This document shows, in pieces, positions 29,650 through 43,100 of a stretch of DNA of 64,000 nucleotides. The stretch is from Eledone cirrhosa (lineage: Eukaryota), in contig OZ024747.1 in the NCBI GenBank assembly GCA_964016885.1, positions 11,842,001-11,906,000 on the forward strand, given 5' to 3'. A program made the position numbers and the translations under genes. Each line of letters opens with the position of its first letter. The first letter of the stretch is position 1. The notes beneath the pieces were generated by a model, which saw only the letters and a program-made list of their open reading frames with translations, did not search any database and was not told where the DNA came from.

Positions 29650-30835
29650 GCTCCACTGGTGAGGAGATCCGTCTGCTGTTAACACCCTTCCAACGGAGGG
29701 CTGGGCATGCCTTGGCTAATGATGTGCAAACATGCGCTGAGGCTACGGCATCTCCAGGAATTCCTCACCAACCAACAGGTGTTGGCACCGTTTGTGAGAC
29801 AGGCCTTCCCACAACTTGTCTTGCTGACAGAGCTGCAGTCCTGGGTCAAGCGAAGACCGAAGAAGATGGGCGCCTGGCACATTGAATGCGCTCAGGCGCT
29901 CACAGTCCTCTGTCAAGCGGGCACAGCAATCAGTGGAGACTCCACTTTGACGTTTTATAGAGAGTTAGTACTTTGCAAGTGCGACGACGTGCTCGGGGAC
30001 ACTCTAGGCATTGAAGACGACAAACTCACCAGTCTGTTCGGTAGGACTTTCCGCCTGAGACCTATGGACAACTTCCAGAGGTCCCTGGCCTGGCAGTGCT
30101 ACCAAGGAGCTCTACCCATTCAAGAGAAAATCTACAGGCACGGGCACCCCGGCAGGGATTTTTCCAAGAGGATGTGTCCAAGATGCGAGCAGGACATTGA
30201 AACCGTCCTGCACGCAATTGTACACAGCCCAGGCGTAAGCGACCTGTGGAACTATACAGAACAACTGCTGTCGCGTATGGAACAAATCCAGTTGACTGCC
30301 GAGTCCATAGTAAGGATCAAACTGCCAGCCTCTTTCAAAAACCAAAGAGAGGCGGTTTTCCTCTGTACAGTGGCTATGGTGAAAGAGGTTATATGGTGGA
30401 CGAGATTGAGAGGACTGAGGACAGATGCCTTTCTCTCCGGACAACAATTGATTCCCTTCTTTAAGTTTCACTTTAGAAGGAGAATCAGGGTGGAGAGAGA
30501 GGCACTGCACTCCAGTAAATTTACTGAAAGGTGGGTGAATGAAGCGAAAATGGCCCGAGTGATTAGGCCTTCTCTGTTTATAAGCCTGTAGGTTAAAGAA
30601 GAGAGCAAAAGGAAGAAAGGAGCACTTGCACAGCACGCTCCTGAAGTTGAGGGTTGTTCTATCGATGGGGTATTAAACAACCCATTTGTGGCGCCTCCCC
30701 CCTATTGGTGATTTCGATTGTTATAATTGTTTGTTTCAATATTTTTACAGGACTGTATGTAACATCCCCGGCATGTGTCTTTGTATTTTCCCCTTTTCTT
30801 GTGCACCCTTGTGGCAAATAAAGAAATATATCTAC
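29650..30835 (+). mobile_element. 5'-truncated Tx1/L1-clade LINE (ORF2 C-terminus and 3' UTR)
   Basis: 294-aa ORF 29707-30591 with zf-RVT-like LAWQCYQGALP...CPRCEQDIETVLHAIVHSP...LW; 3' end CCCTTGTGGCAAATAAAGAAATATATCTA. Confidence 0.85.
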
Positions 30836-31099
30836 TTTGTGTCGTCTGCCGCCTTCATTATATATGCTACCTAACTTAATGTAACATATTACTATATAAA
30901 GTGACATTCTTCTGACCAATGTCAACTTGAATTACTCTACATATTTAACTGACCGTGTTGTTTCCCAATAAAATCTGACATTGCTGTCATGTTAATATAA
31001 ATCTGACAACAGTGAATTCTAGCAATTTACCTTTTCAATCAATTTACTATTAACTACACTTCCGGTAACATTTCTATAGCAACAACACATGTTGGCTTC

Positions 31100-31452
31100 T
31101 CTCACCCTCTCTATAGCACCTTTCCTCTCTCTCTCACCCACACTATAGCACCTTTCCTCTCTCTCTCTCTCTCTCTCATCTTCTCTATAGCGCCTTTCCT
31201 CTCTCTCTCTCTCTCTCTCTCACCTTCTCTATAGCACCTCTCCTCTCTCTCACCCTCTCTATAGCACCTTTCCTCTCTCTCTCACCCACACTATAGCACC
31301 TTTCCTCTCTCTCTCTCTCTCTCTCTCATCTTCTCTATAGCGCCTTTCCTCTCTCTCTCTCTCTCTCTCTCACCTTCTCTATAGCACCTCTCCTCTCTCT
31401 CACCTTCTCTATAGCACCTCTCCTCTCTCTCACCCACACTATAGCACCTTTC

Positions 31453-31487
<35 letters not shown>

Positions 31488-32340
31488 ATCTTCTCTATAG
31501 CGCCTTTCCTCTCTCTCTCTCACCTTCTCTATAGCACCTCTCCTCTCTCTCACCCTCTCTATAGCACCTTTCCTCTCTCTCTCACCCACACTATAGCGCC
31601 TTTCCTCTCTCTCTGTCTCTGTCTCTCACCTTCTCTATAGCACCTTTCCTCTCTCTCTCTATAGCTACTTTTCTCTCTCTCTCTAGCTCCTTTCCTCTCT
31701 TTCTCTCACCCACACTATAGATCCTTTCCTCTCTCTCACCTTCTCTCTAGCTCCTTTCCCCCTCTCTCTCACCCACTCTATAGCTCTTTTCCTCTCTCTC
31801 TCTCACCCACTCTATAGCTCTTTTCCTCTCCCACCTACTCTCTAGCTCTCCTCTCTCTCTCACCCACTCTATACCCCCTTTCTCTCTTTCTTCAAAACTG
31901 AACCCCTCTCTCCCCCCTTCAACTAAATCTCCCCCTCTCTCTCTCTCCTCCTCCTCTCTTCAACACTCACCTGTCTCTCTTCTCTACCTTCTCACCTCAG
32001 CACTTTACACAATAATTTCATTATTATTTATCTTTTTCTCTCCCTCCTACCTCTCTTTCTCTCCATCACCTCCTCCTCTCTCTCACACTTCCACCACCTC
32101 TTCTCTCCCCTCCATCGTCCCCTCTTTCGCTCTCCCTTTCACCACCTCTCTCTCTCTCCCTCGCTTTCACCATCCCCTCTCTCTTCTCTAACCCTTCCCC
32201 TCTTCCACTACCTCACTCTCCCTCCTTTCACCATCCCCTCTCTCTCTGGCCCTTCCACCACCTCACTCTCCCTCCCTCCTTTCACCACCACCTCTCTCTC
32301 TTTCTCTGACCCTTCCACTCTTCCCCCACCTCTCTCCAAT
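31100..32340. repeat. CT-rich minisatellite / low complexity
   Basis: CTATAGCACCTTTC(CT)nCACC units decaying into CT-rich sequence. Confidence 0.9.
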
Positions 32341-32583
32341 AAAGTTAGTTCACTCTGTTGAGTATGTCGTCTGCTGTTCAGTCTATACTTAGTTATAAAT
32401 TGTTGAAAATGTCAAAATTCTGCCAAATATTTTGTTTGTCACAATCGAAGTCAATGTTTTTAGAGGCAAATGTCTAGAAAGTTCGTCTTTTTGGAGGGGG
32501 AACTTCCAAACTAGCAAGAAGTACCCTGCTTCACTATATTTCAATAAATCGAATTAATTTCTTTTGTATAATTTTACATACAT

Positions 32584-32630
<47 letters not shown>

Positions 32631-32739
32631 TTGTTAAAATTTCCATAGCAACTTCCGGCAGATATTTTGTAACACCGAAAATGTCAGCTGATTTAATTTT
32701 AACTCTTAATTTTTTTTTCTATTTTGTATATTATTGGGT

Positions 32740-33215
32740 GAGGTGTGTGGCTTAGTGGTTAGGGTGTTCGGTTCATCGGCGTGAGACCATGAGATCGATA
32801 TTCAATTCAATTCACGTTGTTCAAGTTCACTCAGCTGAAAAAAAAAAAACTTAACTGTACCTATAATTCAAAGGGCCAGCCTGGTCACACACTGCGTCAT
32901 GCTGAATGTCCCTGAGAATTGTGTTAACGGTGTCTGTCTGTGGAATACTCAGCCACTTAATTTCACGAACAGAACACGTTGTGTCCTTGAGCAGGATTCT
33001 TTATTTCACGTTGCTCCAGTCCACGAAACTGAGAAAACTGTGTTATAATTCATAGAGCCAGTCATGCCACCCTTTAATTAAGTTGAGTCTCCAAGAAAAC
33101 TATGTTAACGTTGCCAGTGTCTGTGGAATGCTCAGCCACTTGCACGCTACTTTCTCGAACAGGCTGTATTTCGTTGTTCGAAAAACTGGGACATTTCTCG
33201 TCGGATGCAACGGAG
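32740..33215 (+). mobile_element. Second tRNA-derived SINE family, two partial tandem copies
   Basis: GTGTGGCTTAGTGGTTAGGGTG head; TTCACGTTGCTCCAGTCCAC; GTGGAATGCTCAGCCACTTGCACG. Related copies at 49255 (+), 55600-55870 (-), 58765-58880 (-). Confidence 0.75.
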
Positions 33216-33264
33216 ATCCCACAACACATTGTTGGATAATTTTATATAGTATATGTCTAAGTCT

Positions 33265-33545
33265 AAAGTCTGTCACAAACCAGGAGGTTCGTCAGGCTTA
33301 TCCTGGTTTCGTGGTGTGAAGCAACAGAGTACATGACCCCCCCCCCCCCCCCCCCTGGATAGGACGCCAGTCCATCGCAAGGTTAAACCTCCAGCTATTT
33401 CTGGTACTCATTTTTCAGCTGATTATACTGGAGCAACGTAAAATAAAGTGTTTTGCTCAAGAACACAACACACAATCCAGCCCAGGAATCGGACCCCCAT
33501 TATGATCGTTAAGTCCAACAATCTTACCACTAGACTACGCACTTC
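33265..33545 (-). mobile_element. SINE copy, inverted relative to 32740, ending ~60 bp before the 33608 exon
   Basis: CTGGAGCAACGTAAAATAAAGTGTTTTGCTCAAGAACACAAC is complementary to 32978-33020; tRNA-like head on the minus strand. Confidence 0.72.
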
Positions 33546-33607
33546 CACATATAGTATATGTTATTTGATATTTTTGTTATTATATATATATGTATGTATA
33601 TTTCCAG

Positions 33608-33706
33608 CATTGGCAAATTCCTCTCAGTAAAAGATTTAGAGCCCTTAAATTGTGGTTCGTCATCCGTTCCTTTGGAGTGGAAGGTCTTCAGAAACACATA
33701 CGTCAC
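33608..33706 (+). CDS. HDC: HDC exon (99 bp)
   Basis: tccag|CAT...CAC|gtgag. [33 protein letters not shown]; Ser at the position of human HDC Ser354 (Gly in DDC). Confidence 0.95.
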
Positions 33707-34306
33707 GTGAGTTAATTCTTCATCTAATTTTATGTCATTGTTTTTTTTTTTAGTTGCATTGGAACTGTACCAGTGACCAGGTCGCAAACAGTGTGACGAA
33801 AGTTTTGATACTAAGAATTATTGTGTTTTTTAAATGTTTAAAATGACTTGTACACGATGTAATTGCTGACATAGAGAGAGAGAGAGAGAGAGAGAGATAT
33901 GTAGGATAGCAGCTAAAAGGTCATTGATATAACACCCATCTCTGCGACATGTGGCATGGAACCACAGAAAACGGGTAATTTACGGTTGTTTTGAAGACCA
34001 TATTCGTCCAAAACATTAAAATAAAAGTCATAGATAAAATATATTTCATCTACAAAATTCTAGCCACACTTTATTCCAAAGAGGTATATAATAAAAGTAC
34101 TATTACACCTGTCTTAGATTTGTACTTTCGGGTCTCGAATAATTGATAGGCGTAATACACTTCTGGCTTTGACATATCTCGGATCAAATAGTGATATGAA
34201 GCAATAACTGATGGTCTAGTGAACCCCATGTCATTTTATAGATTCTGTCACTGTTGTTTGTGAAACAATGAAGAATCCGTCTTAGCACGCATCAAAACAC
34301 AGCTTC

Positions 34307-34375
<69 letters not shown>

Positions 34376-34418
34376 CAATAATATTAATAAATGGAAAATA
34401 TCTTTATAAAACCATATT

Positions 34419-34479
34419 TATTTTATTATACGTATTTCAAGGGTACTAATATTTTAGTACGCTGTCGTCAGATAAAATA
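34419..34479 (-). ncRNA. Type I hammerhead motif, family copy C
   Basis: Minus strand: TATTTTAT-CTGACGA-CAGCGTACTAA(AATA)TTAGTACCCTT-GAAA-TACGTA-TA-ATAAAATA; palindromic stem III ATACGTAT. Confidence 0.72.
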
Positions 34480-35859
34480 CAATAATTGGTGTAAAGATAG
34501 TGACATATCTTCATGTTATAAGTTCATTGAAGATAGTCCATTTATTAATATTATTGATATTAATGATACTCCGGATAAATTCGTTGAGTGCTTCTAAAGA
34601 AACCTTGGTGGGGTTGCCAGTTTAGTCGCCAACGACTCGACCATGAGACAGGTTGTAGTGGGATACATGTTACCAGTAGCATCAACTGGTGACCTGACAT
34701 ATATATATACATTATAAAAGCGAATCAAATGGTGATATGAAGCCATGGGTAACTTTTACACGTTTTCGAAACATGTCGAATATTTACCTTCATTAAGTTT
34801 AACGGTAAATGATTTGTTAAATATTTTTTTGTGGAGGTAAAATTTTCTTTCAGTTTTTTATCAGATGGCTTTAAATTTTCATGGGGGGGGGGGGGGGGGG
34901 GGAACTGAGAGGTAAAAATATGCAAACAGTTATTCATGTCTCAGTTATCATCCAGCCATGCCGATCCATGGAGACGATGGCCAACCTCAAAATTCCACAC
35001 CCTCAGAGATTTCATTTTTTTTTTTTTGATGTTTTGAATGAATCTTACCTTGAAAACCGTCTGTTGCCATCCTCCGGGGAAACCCCTTCTCCATTCTGTC
35101 CGTCGGGGCTGTGGGGGAGACAAGCCGATCATATTACGAATTCTGTTGAATAGTCTTAAATACGCTATACACTGCTACTCACACTTAAGTATATAAATAT
35201 ATATACATAGGCTTGTGTGTCTGTGTCTATTATTCATGGGAGGGGCTGGGGGTGGCATTCGGTGTTTTCTTTTAAAAAATATTCTCCCCCCTTAGATATC
35301 AGAAAAACAAGGTATTTCCGATGGGTTTGGGGGTCAAATTCGTTGAAAACACACGGGGAAGTTGGGGGACAAAAGAATAAAGATCTTGAAAATTATTTTT
35401 TCCATATTTAAAATATATAATTTTGTGGGGTAAAGTGAGCAGTTTGGTAAAGATTTTCTGTTGTAAATTTATAGGAGACACACCTCGATTTCAGTGGGGG
35501 AACACTTCTTTCCGTGTGTTATCAACTAATCAAATCTCCAAGATACTCGCAATTGACTCTTTCCCGGAAAACGGAAATCCTAACCCAAATTCAGGGGGGA
35601 AAAAGTCGTTTGCGAACATCTTGGATGTCAGATTAGTTGAAAGCACACGGGGAAAAAAACGAGGAAAAAATGTTCTCCCGGTGAAATCGAAGTGTGTGTG
35701 TATGTGTGTGTATGTGTGTGTATGTGTGTGGGGGGGGGTCTATAATAATGACTTTTTCTTTTTCTTTGGCGGTTCACCAAGTTGTATGTATCTGTTATAC
35801 TACGATCTGTCTGTCTTTCCATCTAGCTAGCTATCTCCCACGCTCATATATATATATGT

Positions 35860-35935
<76 letters not shown>

Positions 35936-35986
35936 TAGAATCGGAGTCAGTGTTGCAGCATACGTAGTAGAAGCTTTATTGACATA

Positions 35987-37358
35987 CTAGCAGTTTAGCC
36001 CGGCGTTGCTCGGGTTTGTTCATTTGCTATGAAAAGTTGCATACAGGTAAACGTGGCTTGAAAGCGAATAAGCTTATCAATTAAGTGCATAAAGCAGTTG
36101 AACCGGTTATTAAAAGTTACGAACCAATTAGCATTTTGGACAATCAATGATGGGTTAATAATCTTCCAATAGCGAATTTAGCAGACCAAAGTTGCAAGAT
36201 GGTAGCCCTGATGCCGCTGGGTGTCAGATCTGTCCGCCATGGGTTACCCTACCAGGAAATAGTTTTCCAGACGGCATAGCTCCAACACCTCCAACACCTG
36301 CACCAACATCTATAGCACCTCTTTGTAGACGATATTGCGTGTCATCCCTTGAGGAGTGTAAGCAAAAAGTCCATTCCTGCTCCCTACGCGGGAACAGGCA
36401 ACATAAAGTTGGCCATGGGAGAAGCATGGCTCCCCCAAATGGATGCCCGCCACCGACAATGTTTGCCCTTGTGACTTGTTAATGGACATGGCAAAACATG
36501 GTCTCACCGGAAATGGAACAGGATATCTGACGCCGAGGGGAAAAGGTTCATCCTTGGCAGTGTATCCGCCAGAAGTACAACACTATGGGTGCTGTCATAT
36601 TAATATTTAACCAATGAAAGTCGTAAAAAATAAATCTGTTATATGAAGTGTTATTTTGCGGGTTGTTATTTGCAATAAGCCGATTTAAAATACCACAGAA
36701 AAGCCGTATGTCAATACGGAACTGCAATGACTCCCCCAGCAGTTACATTATAGAGAGGGGGAAGAGCGATGGAGAGAGTAAAGCTAAGAAACTATAGGGA
36801 GGTGTGTAAAACAGTGTTGTCATATAGAGATTGAAGAGCGACAGAGAGAGTAAAGCAGTTAAATTATAGAGAGGGGGAATAATCTATTATAGAGAGATGG
36901 AAGAGCGACGGAGAGAGTAAAGCTAAGAAACTATAGGGAGGTATGTTAAACCTCAAAGCATAAAGAGAGTAAAGCAGTTAAATTATAGAGAGGGGGAATG
37001 ATCTATTATAGAGAGAGGGAAGAGCGACGGAGAGAGCGTTATGACTATATTTGTTGTATAAAATGATGTGTTGCTTAGTTTTCAAAGTTTATGTCGCGTT
37101 CCTGAACGAAGTTTTGTCGCTATTGGGTAGTAGAGAGAGTGAATAAGCGTGTAAGAGAGAGGGTTACAGCATGTATTTAGTTTTATAGATTTTTTCATAG
37201 AAGCAGGAAATGTTTGGCAAAGTTTATTACGCGTTGACCATCGTTGGTAAATTTGGAGCACATTGGGAAAGAAATCATCAAAATCGGTAGAGAAATGTGG
37301 AAATGCATAAAAATCATACACACACACAGACAGACATCTTCCGTTTTATATATAGAGA
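35987..37358 (-). mobile_element. Internally deleted Helitron retaining the Pif1-like helicase C-terminus
   Basis: A|TCTCTATATATAAAACGG 5' end; hairpin CCCGAGCAACGCCGGG then CTAG|T 3' end; 36310-36516 encodes FPVRPCFAMSINKSQGQTL...FSHGQLYVACSRV...NIVYKEVL*. Confidence 0.9.
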
Positions 37359-37454
37359 TTACAATTGTTTCAATATTGATCAGATCAGGGTAGAATCATG
37401 ACAGGGCCTGACTCTTCTTCAACATCTCAGATATGTGTGTATAGGCATGTATGT

Positions 37455-37545
<91 letters not shown>

Positions 37546-37564
37546 CGTGTAGGTATGTATATAC

Positions 37565-37604
<40 letters not shown>

Positions 37605-37618
37605 AGGTATGTATATAC

Positions 37619-37651
<33 letters not shown>

Positions 37652-37663
37652 CGTGTAGATATG

Positions 37664-37698
<35 letters not shown>

Positions 37699-37809
37699 AA
37701 AGAATTACCTTCCAGCCACTATTTGCCACTAACCTCCAACCAAATGCTAACAAGATATTTTCTCTCCACACATCGTCTGGACGCGGCCATGCTACCTCTA
37801 CTACAACAG

Positions 37810-37911
37810 GGAGTCAGGTTGGCAACATTGTTTGAAACTTTAATGAAGCAAGATGAAAGGTTTGAGATACCTGCCGAACGCCACCTGGGTATGGTTGTCT
37901 TTAGACTGAAG
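37810..37911 (+). CDS. HDC: HDC exon (102 bp)
   Basis: aacag|GGA...AAG|gtaag. GVRLATLFETLMKQDERFEIPAERHLGMVVFRLK, HDC-like FEIPAxRHLG. Confidence 0.95.
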
Positions 37912-38143
37912 GTAAGTGTCACATCTTTATATCAACTCTATCTTTATTTGTAGGAATCATCATCATCATCATCATCACCATCGTTTTACGTCTATTCTTC
38001 CAAGCTAGCATGGGTTAGACGGGGTTGTCCTGTTGTGGGCAATGCCAGGTCAGGTGACCATGTCTTGCTCATACAGAACATTTTTACATATCCACCCCCA
38101 TCAAACATCATCCACACGCAGGCACGCACGCACGCACACACAC

Positions 38144-38223
<80 letters not shown>

Positions 38224-39008
38224 CCGTATTGTTGGCAAGACATTCTTGAAAAGTACAAAATTGGGTGTTTTTAGTCGTGATACCCACATTACCACTTTAC
38301 AGTGTATATATTTGTTTTTATTGCCCACTTATTCTGATGGGGGTCATGAGGGGGCAGTCCTCAGACACACCTTCCAGGATGTCGTGGGGGGCAGTGTTGT
38401 CTGTACCAGTCAAGTACTGGGGTCAATTCTTCCTCTACATCTCTCTCACTCTCTCTAGCCTTCTCTGGAAGGAATCTGCTGTTTTCAGACCAAGAGAGGA
38501 GATGGGCTCTGCCAGGTTTAAAATACCCTAAAAATGCCATATGTTGATACAGTGCCCCTACGACTGCCTCAGGGGTTACGGGACTACTCATGTTTTATTA
38601 ATACTACATGGTGGGGGATAGGCAGAATTGGTAAAGTCCCAAATAAAATGTTATATGGTATTTATTCCAGTTCCCTATAGTCAGAGTTTGAATACTGTTG
38701 AGGTCAACTTTACCTTTCATCCTTCGACAGTTGACATAGTTGACCCCTTTTGTCCCAAATTGCTGGTCTTGTGCTTAAATTAAGTGAATTGGCTGTAATC
38801 AGTCGAGCGTCGGACAACTTTTGCGGCCCTTTACGTTCTGAGGTTAGCTTTGCCTGTCATCCTTACTGGGTTAATAAAATAAGGTACCAGTAATGCACTG
38901 GGTCAATTTAATCGACTTTCCCCTCCCTCCAAATTGCTGGTCTTGTGCTTAAATTAGAAACCATTGTTATAATGTTGTTAGTAATGGTATTTATTTTGTT
39001 TATTTCAG

Positions 39009-39750
39009 GGTGAAAATGAACTGACTGAACTCCTTCTGAAGTTGTTGAATAAATCAGGCAAACTTCACATGGTACCTGCATCTTTTAAGGGTAAATATGT
39101 GATCAGGTTCACAGTGACGTCACAATACAGTACTGAAGAGGACATCCGAGGTGATCTAAAGACCATCCAAGACACGGCTAGTGTCGTACTGAGAGATTTA
39201 AGTCCCCTTGTCAATAAAACTAAAGAAGATGAAATTATCCGAGACATTCCAGAGATTCCTGAAGAGAAGGCAATTACATCTACAGATGAATCAAAGATGG
39301 AAAGAACTCTGTCAATGAAAAGACGGGACTTTGGTATGAGTCTGATATTGAGTCATGTACCCTGCTCACCAAAATTCATAAACGGGAGCTTTGCAGCCAT
39401 TTTTGACAACAATGAAACTATTTTGGAGTTCGCGCGCCACCTAACAAGTAGCGATATCAATGGTCGTCCGATCCGCCTCTCGCCACGGCGCGGTGTCAAA
39501 CTAAGGGATCAGACCAAGCAACACAGCTTGGACTTCAGCTCTATGATTCCTGGCAGACGTATGTCTACAGGGACAGCTAGATTCAAGCAGGGTTCGCTGG
39601 ACACAAAAGTTGACGACATCCTCGACTCCACTCCAGATATTTACTATGCTAATGGCTTCAATGAGGTTGATGGGAAGAGAAATAACAAAGAGGAAGAGGG
39701 AAAAGAGAATGAAGAGGAGCAAGAGGAATTTGATGTACAAAATCATCTGC

Positions 39751-39781
<31 letters not shown>

Positions 39782-40010
39782 GCAACAGCAACAAAAACAG
39801 GAGGTTCAGGTGGTGCAGCTGCAACAGAATCAATTGCATTCCGTATTAGCTGCATCACAGGAGAAAGCTTCATCCTTCCTTGATAAAATAAAGAAGCTAA
39901 CACCGAAAAGGCTGACAGGTGACACCACTGCAAACAACAATAGCTCTTCTCCAGTCAAGATTTCCAATGGTCTACATGTGTGTCCCCACTGCGGAAAGTC
40001 AACTGTGTGA
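39009..40010 (+). CDS. HDC: HDC terminal coding exon (333 aa + stop) with long C-terminal extension
   Basis: ttcag|GGT GAA AAT. GENELTELLLKLLNKSGKLHMVPASFKGKYVIRFTVTSQ..., then FGMSLILSHVPCSPKFINGSFAAIFD (resembles the invertebrate HDC tail block), polyQ, ...CPHCGKSTV*. Confidence 0.93.
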
Positions 40011-40157
40011 AAAGAAGAGAAACCATCATGGAAAAGAGCGGTGGAGGGAGGAAGAGACAATCCAGCCAACTATAAAATATACCGACCAACTAGCAAACCA
40101 ACTGGAACTGCGACATGTTAAAGGGAGATGTTTAAATTTGATTATTATTTTAATAGT

Positions 40158-43100
40158 GTGTAGATGGATATATATATATGTATACATATATAAACTTATA
40201 TATATATATGTGTGTGTAGATGGATATATATATGTATACATATATAAACTTATATATATATATGTGTGTGTGTAGATGTGTAGATGGATATATATATATA
40301 TGTATATATATATATAAACTTATATATATATGTGTGTGTGTAGATGTGTAGATGGATATATATATATGTATACATATATAAACTTATATATATATGTGTG
40401 TGTGTGTAGATGTGTAGATGGATATATATATGTATACATATATAAACTTATATATATATATGTGTGTGTAGATGGATATATATATATGTATACATATATA
40501 AACTTATATATATATGTGTGTGTGTATAGATGTGTAGATGGATATATATATGTATACATATATAAACTTATATATATATATGTGTGTGTGTGTAGATGTG
40601 TAGATGGATATATATATGTATACATATATAAACTTATATATATATGTGTGTGTGTGTAGATGTGTAGATGGATATATATATGTATACATATATAAACTTA
40701 TATATATATATGTGTGTGTATAGATGTGTAGATGGATATATATATGTATACATATATAAACTTATATATATATATGTGTGTGTGTAGATGTGTAGATGGA
40801 TATATATATGTATACATATATAAACTTATATATATATATGTGTGTGTGTATAGATGTGTAGATGGATATATATATATGTATACATATATAAACTTATATA
40901 TATATATGTGTGTGTGTAGATGTGTAGATGGATATATATATGTATACATATATAAACTTATATATATATGTGTGTGTGTGTAGATGTGTAGATGGATATA
41001 TATATGTATACATATATAAACTTATATATATATATGTGTGTGTGTAGATGTGTAGATGGATATATATATATGTATACATATATAAACTTATATATATATA
41101 TATATGTGTGTGTGTAGATGTGTAGATGGATATATATATATGTATACATATATAAACTTATATATATATGTGTGTGCGTATAGATGTGTAGATGGATATA
41201 TATATGTATACATATATAAACTTATATATATATATGTGTGTGTGTAGATGGATATATATATATGTATACATATATAAACTTATATATATATATGTGTGTG
41301 TGTAGATGTGTAGATGGATATATATATATGTATACATATATAAACTTATATATATATATGTGTGTGTGTAGATGTGTAGATGGATATATATATGTATACA
41401 TATATAAACTTATATATATATATGTGTGTGTAGATGGATATATATATATGTATACATATATAAACTTATATATATATATGTGTGTGTGTATAGATGTGTA
41501 GATGGATATATATATGTATACATATATAAACTTATATATATATATATGTGTGTGTGTAGATGTGTAGATGGATATATATATATGTATACATATATAAACT
41601 TATATATATATGTGTGTAGATGTGTAGATGGATATATATATATGTATACATATATAAACTTATATATATATGTGTGTGTGTGTAGATGTGTAGATGGATA
41701 TATATATGTATACATATATAAACTTATATATATATATGTGTGTGTGTAGATGTGTAGATGGATATATATATGTATACATATATAAACTTATATATATATA
41801 TATGTGTGTGTGTAGATGTGTAGATGGATATATATATGTATACATATATAAACTTATATATATATGTGTGTGTGTGTAGATGTGTAGATGGATATATATA
41901 TATGTATACATATATAAACTTATATATATATATATGTGTGTGTGTAGATGTATAGATGGATATATATATGTATACATATATAAACTTATATATATATATG
42001 TGTGTGTGTGTAGATGTGTAGATGGATATATATATATGTATACATATATAAACTTATATATATGTGTGTGTGTGTAGATGTGTAGATGGATATATATATG
42101 TATACATATATAAACTTATATATATATATGTGTGTGTAGATGGATATATATATATGTATACATATATAAACTTATATATATATATGTGTGTGTGTAGATG
42201 TGTAGATGGATATATATATATGTATACATATATAAACTTATATATATATATGTGTGTGTGTGTAGATGTGTAGATGGATATATATATGTATACATATATA
42301 AACTTATATATATATATGTGTGTGTATAGATGTGTAGATGGATATATATATATGTATACATATATAAACTTATATATATATATGTGTGTGTATAGATGTG
42401 TAGATGGATATATATATGTATACATATATAAACTTATATATATATATATGTGTGTGTGTATAGATGTGTAGATGGATATATATATGTATACATATATAAA
42501 CTTATATATATATGTGTGTGTGTGTAGATGTGTAGATGGATATATATATGTATACATATATAAACTTATATATATATATGTGTGTGTGTAGATGTGTAGA
42601 TGGATATATATATGTATACATATATAAACTTATATATATATATGTGTGTGTAGATGGATATATATATATGTATACATATATAAACTTATATATATATGTG
42701 TGTGTGTATAGATGTGTAGATGGATATATATATGTATACATATATAAACTTATATATATATGTGTGTGTGTGTAGATGTGTAGATGGATATATATATATG
42801 TATACATATATAAACTTATATATATATGTGTGTGTGTGTAGATGTGTAGATGGATATATATATGTATACATATATAAACTTATATATATATGTGTGTGTG
42901 TGTAGATGTGTAGATGGATATATATATGTATACATATATAAACTTATATATATATATGTGTGTGTGTAGATGTGTAGATGGATATATATATGTATACATA
43001 TATAAACTTATATATATATGTGTGTGTGTGTAGATGTGTAGATGGATATATATATGTATACATATATAAACTTATATATATATGTGTGTGTGTGTAGATG

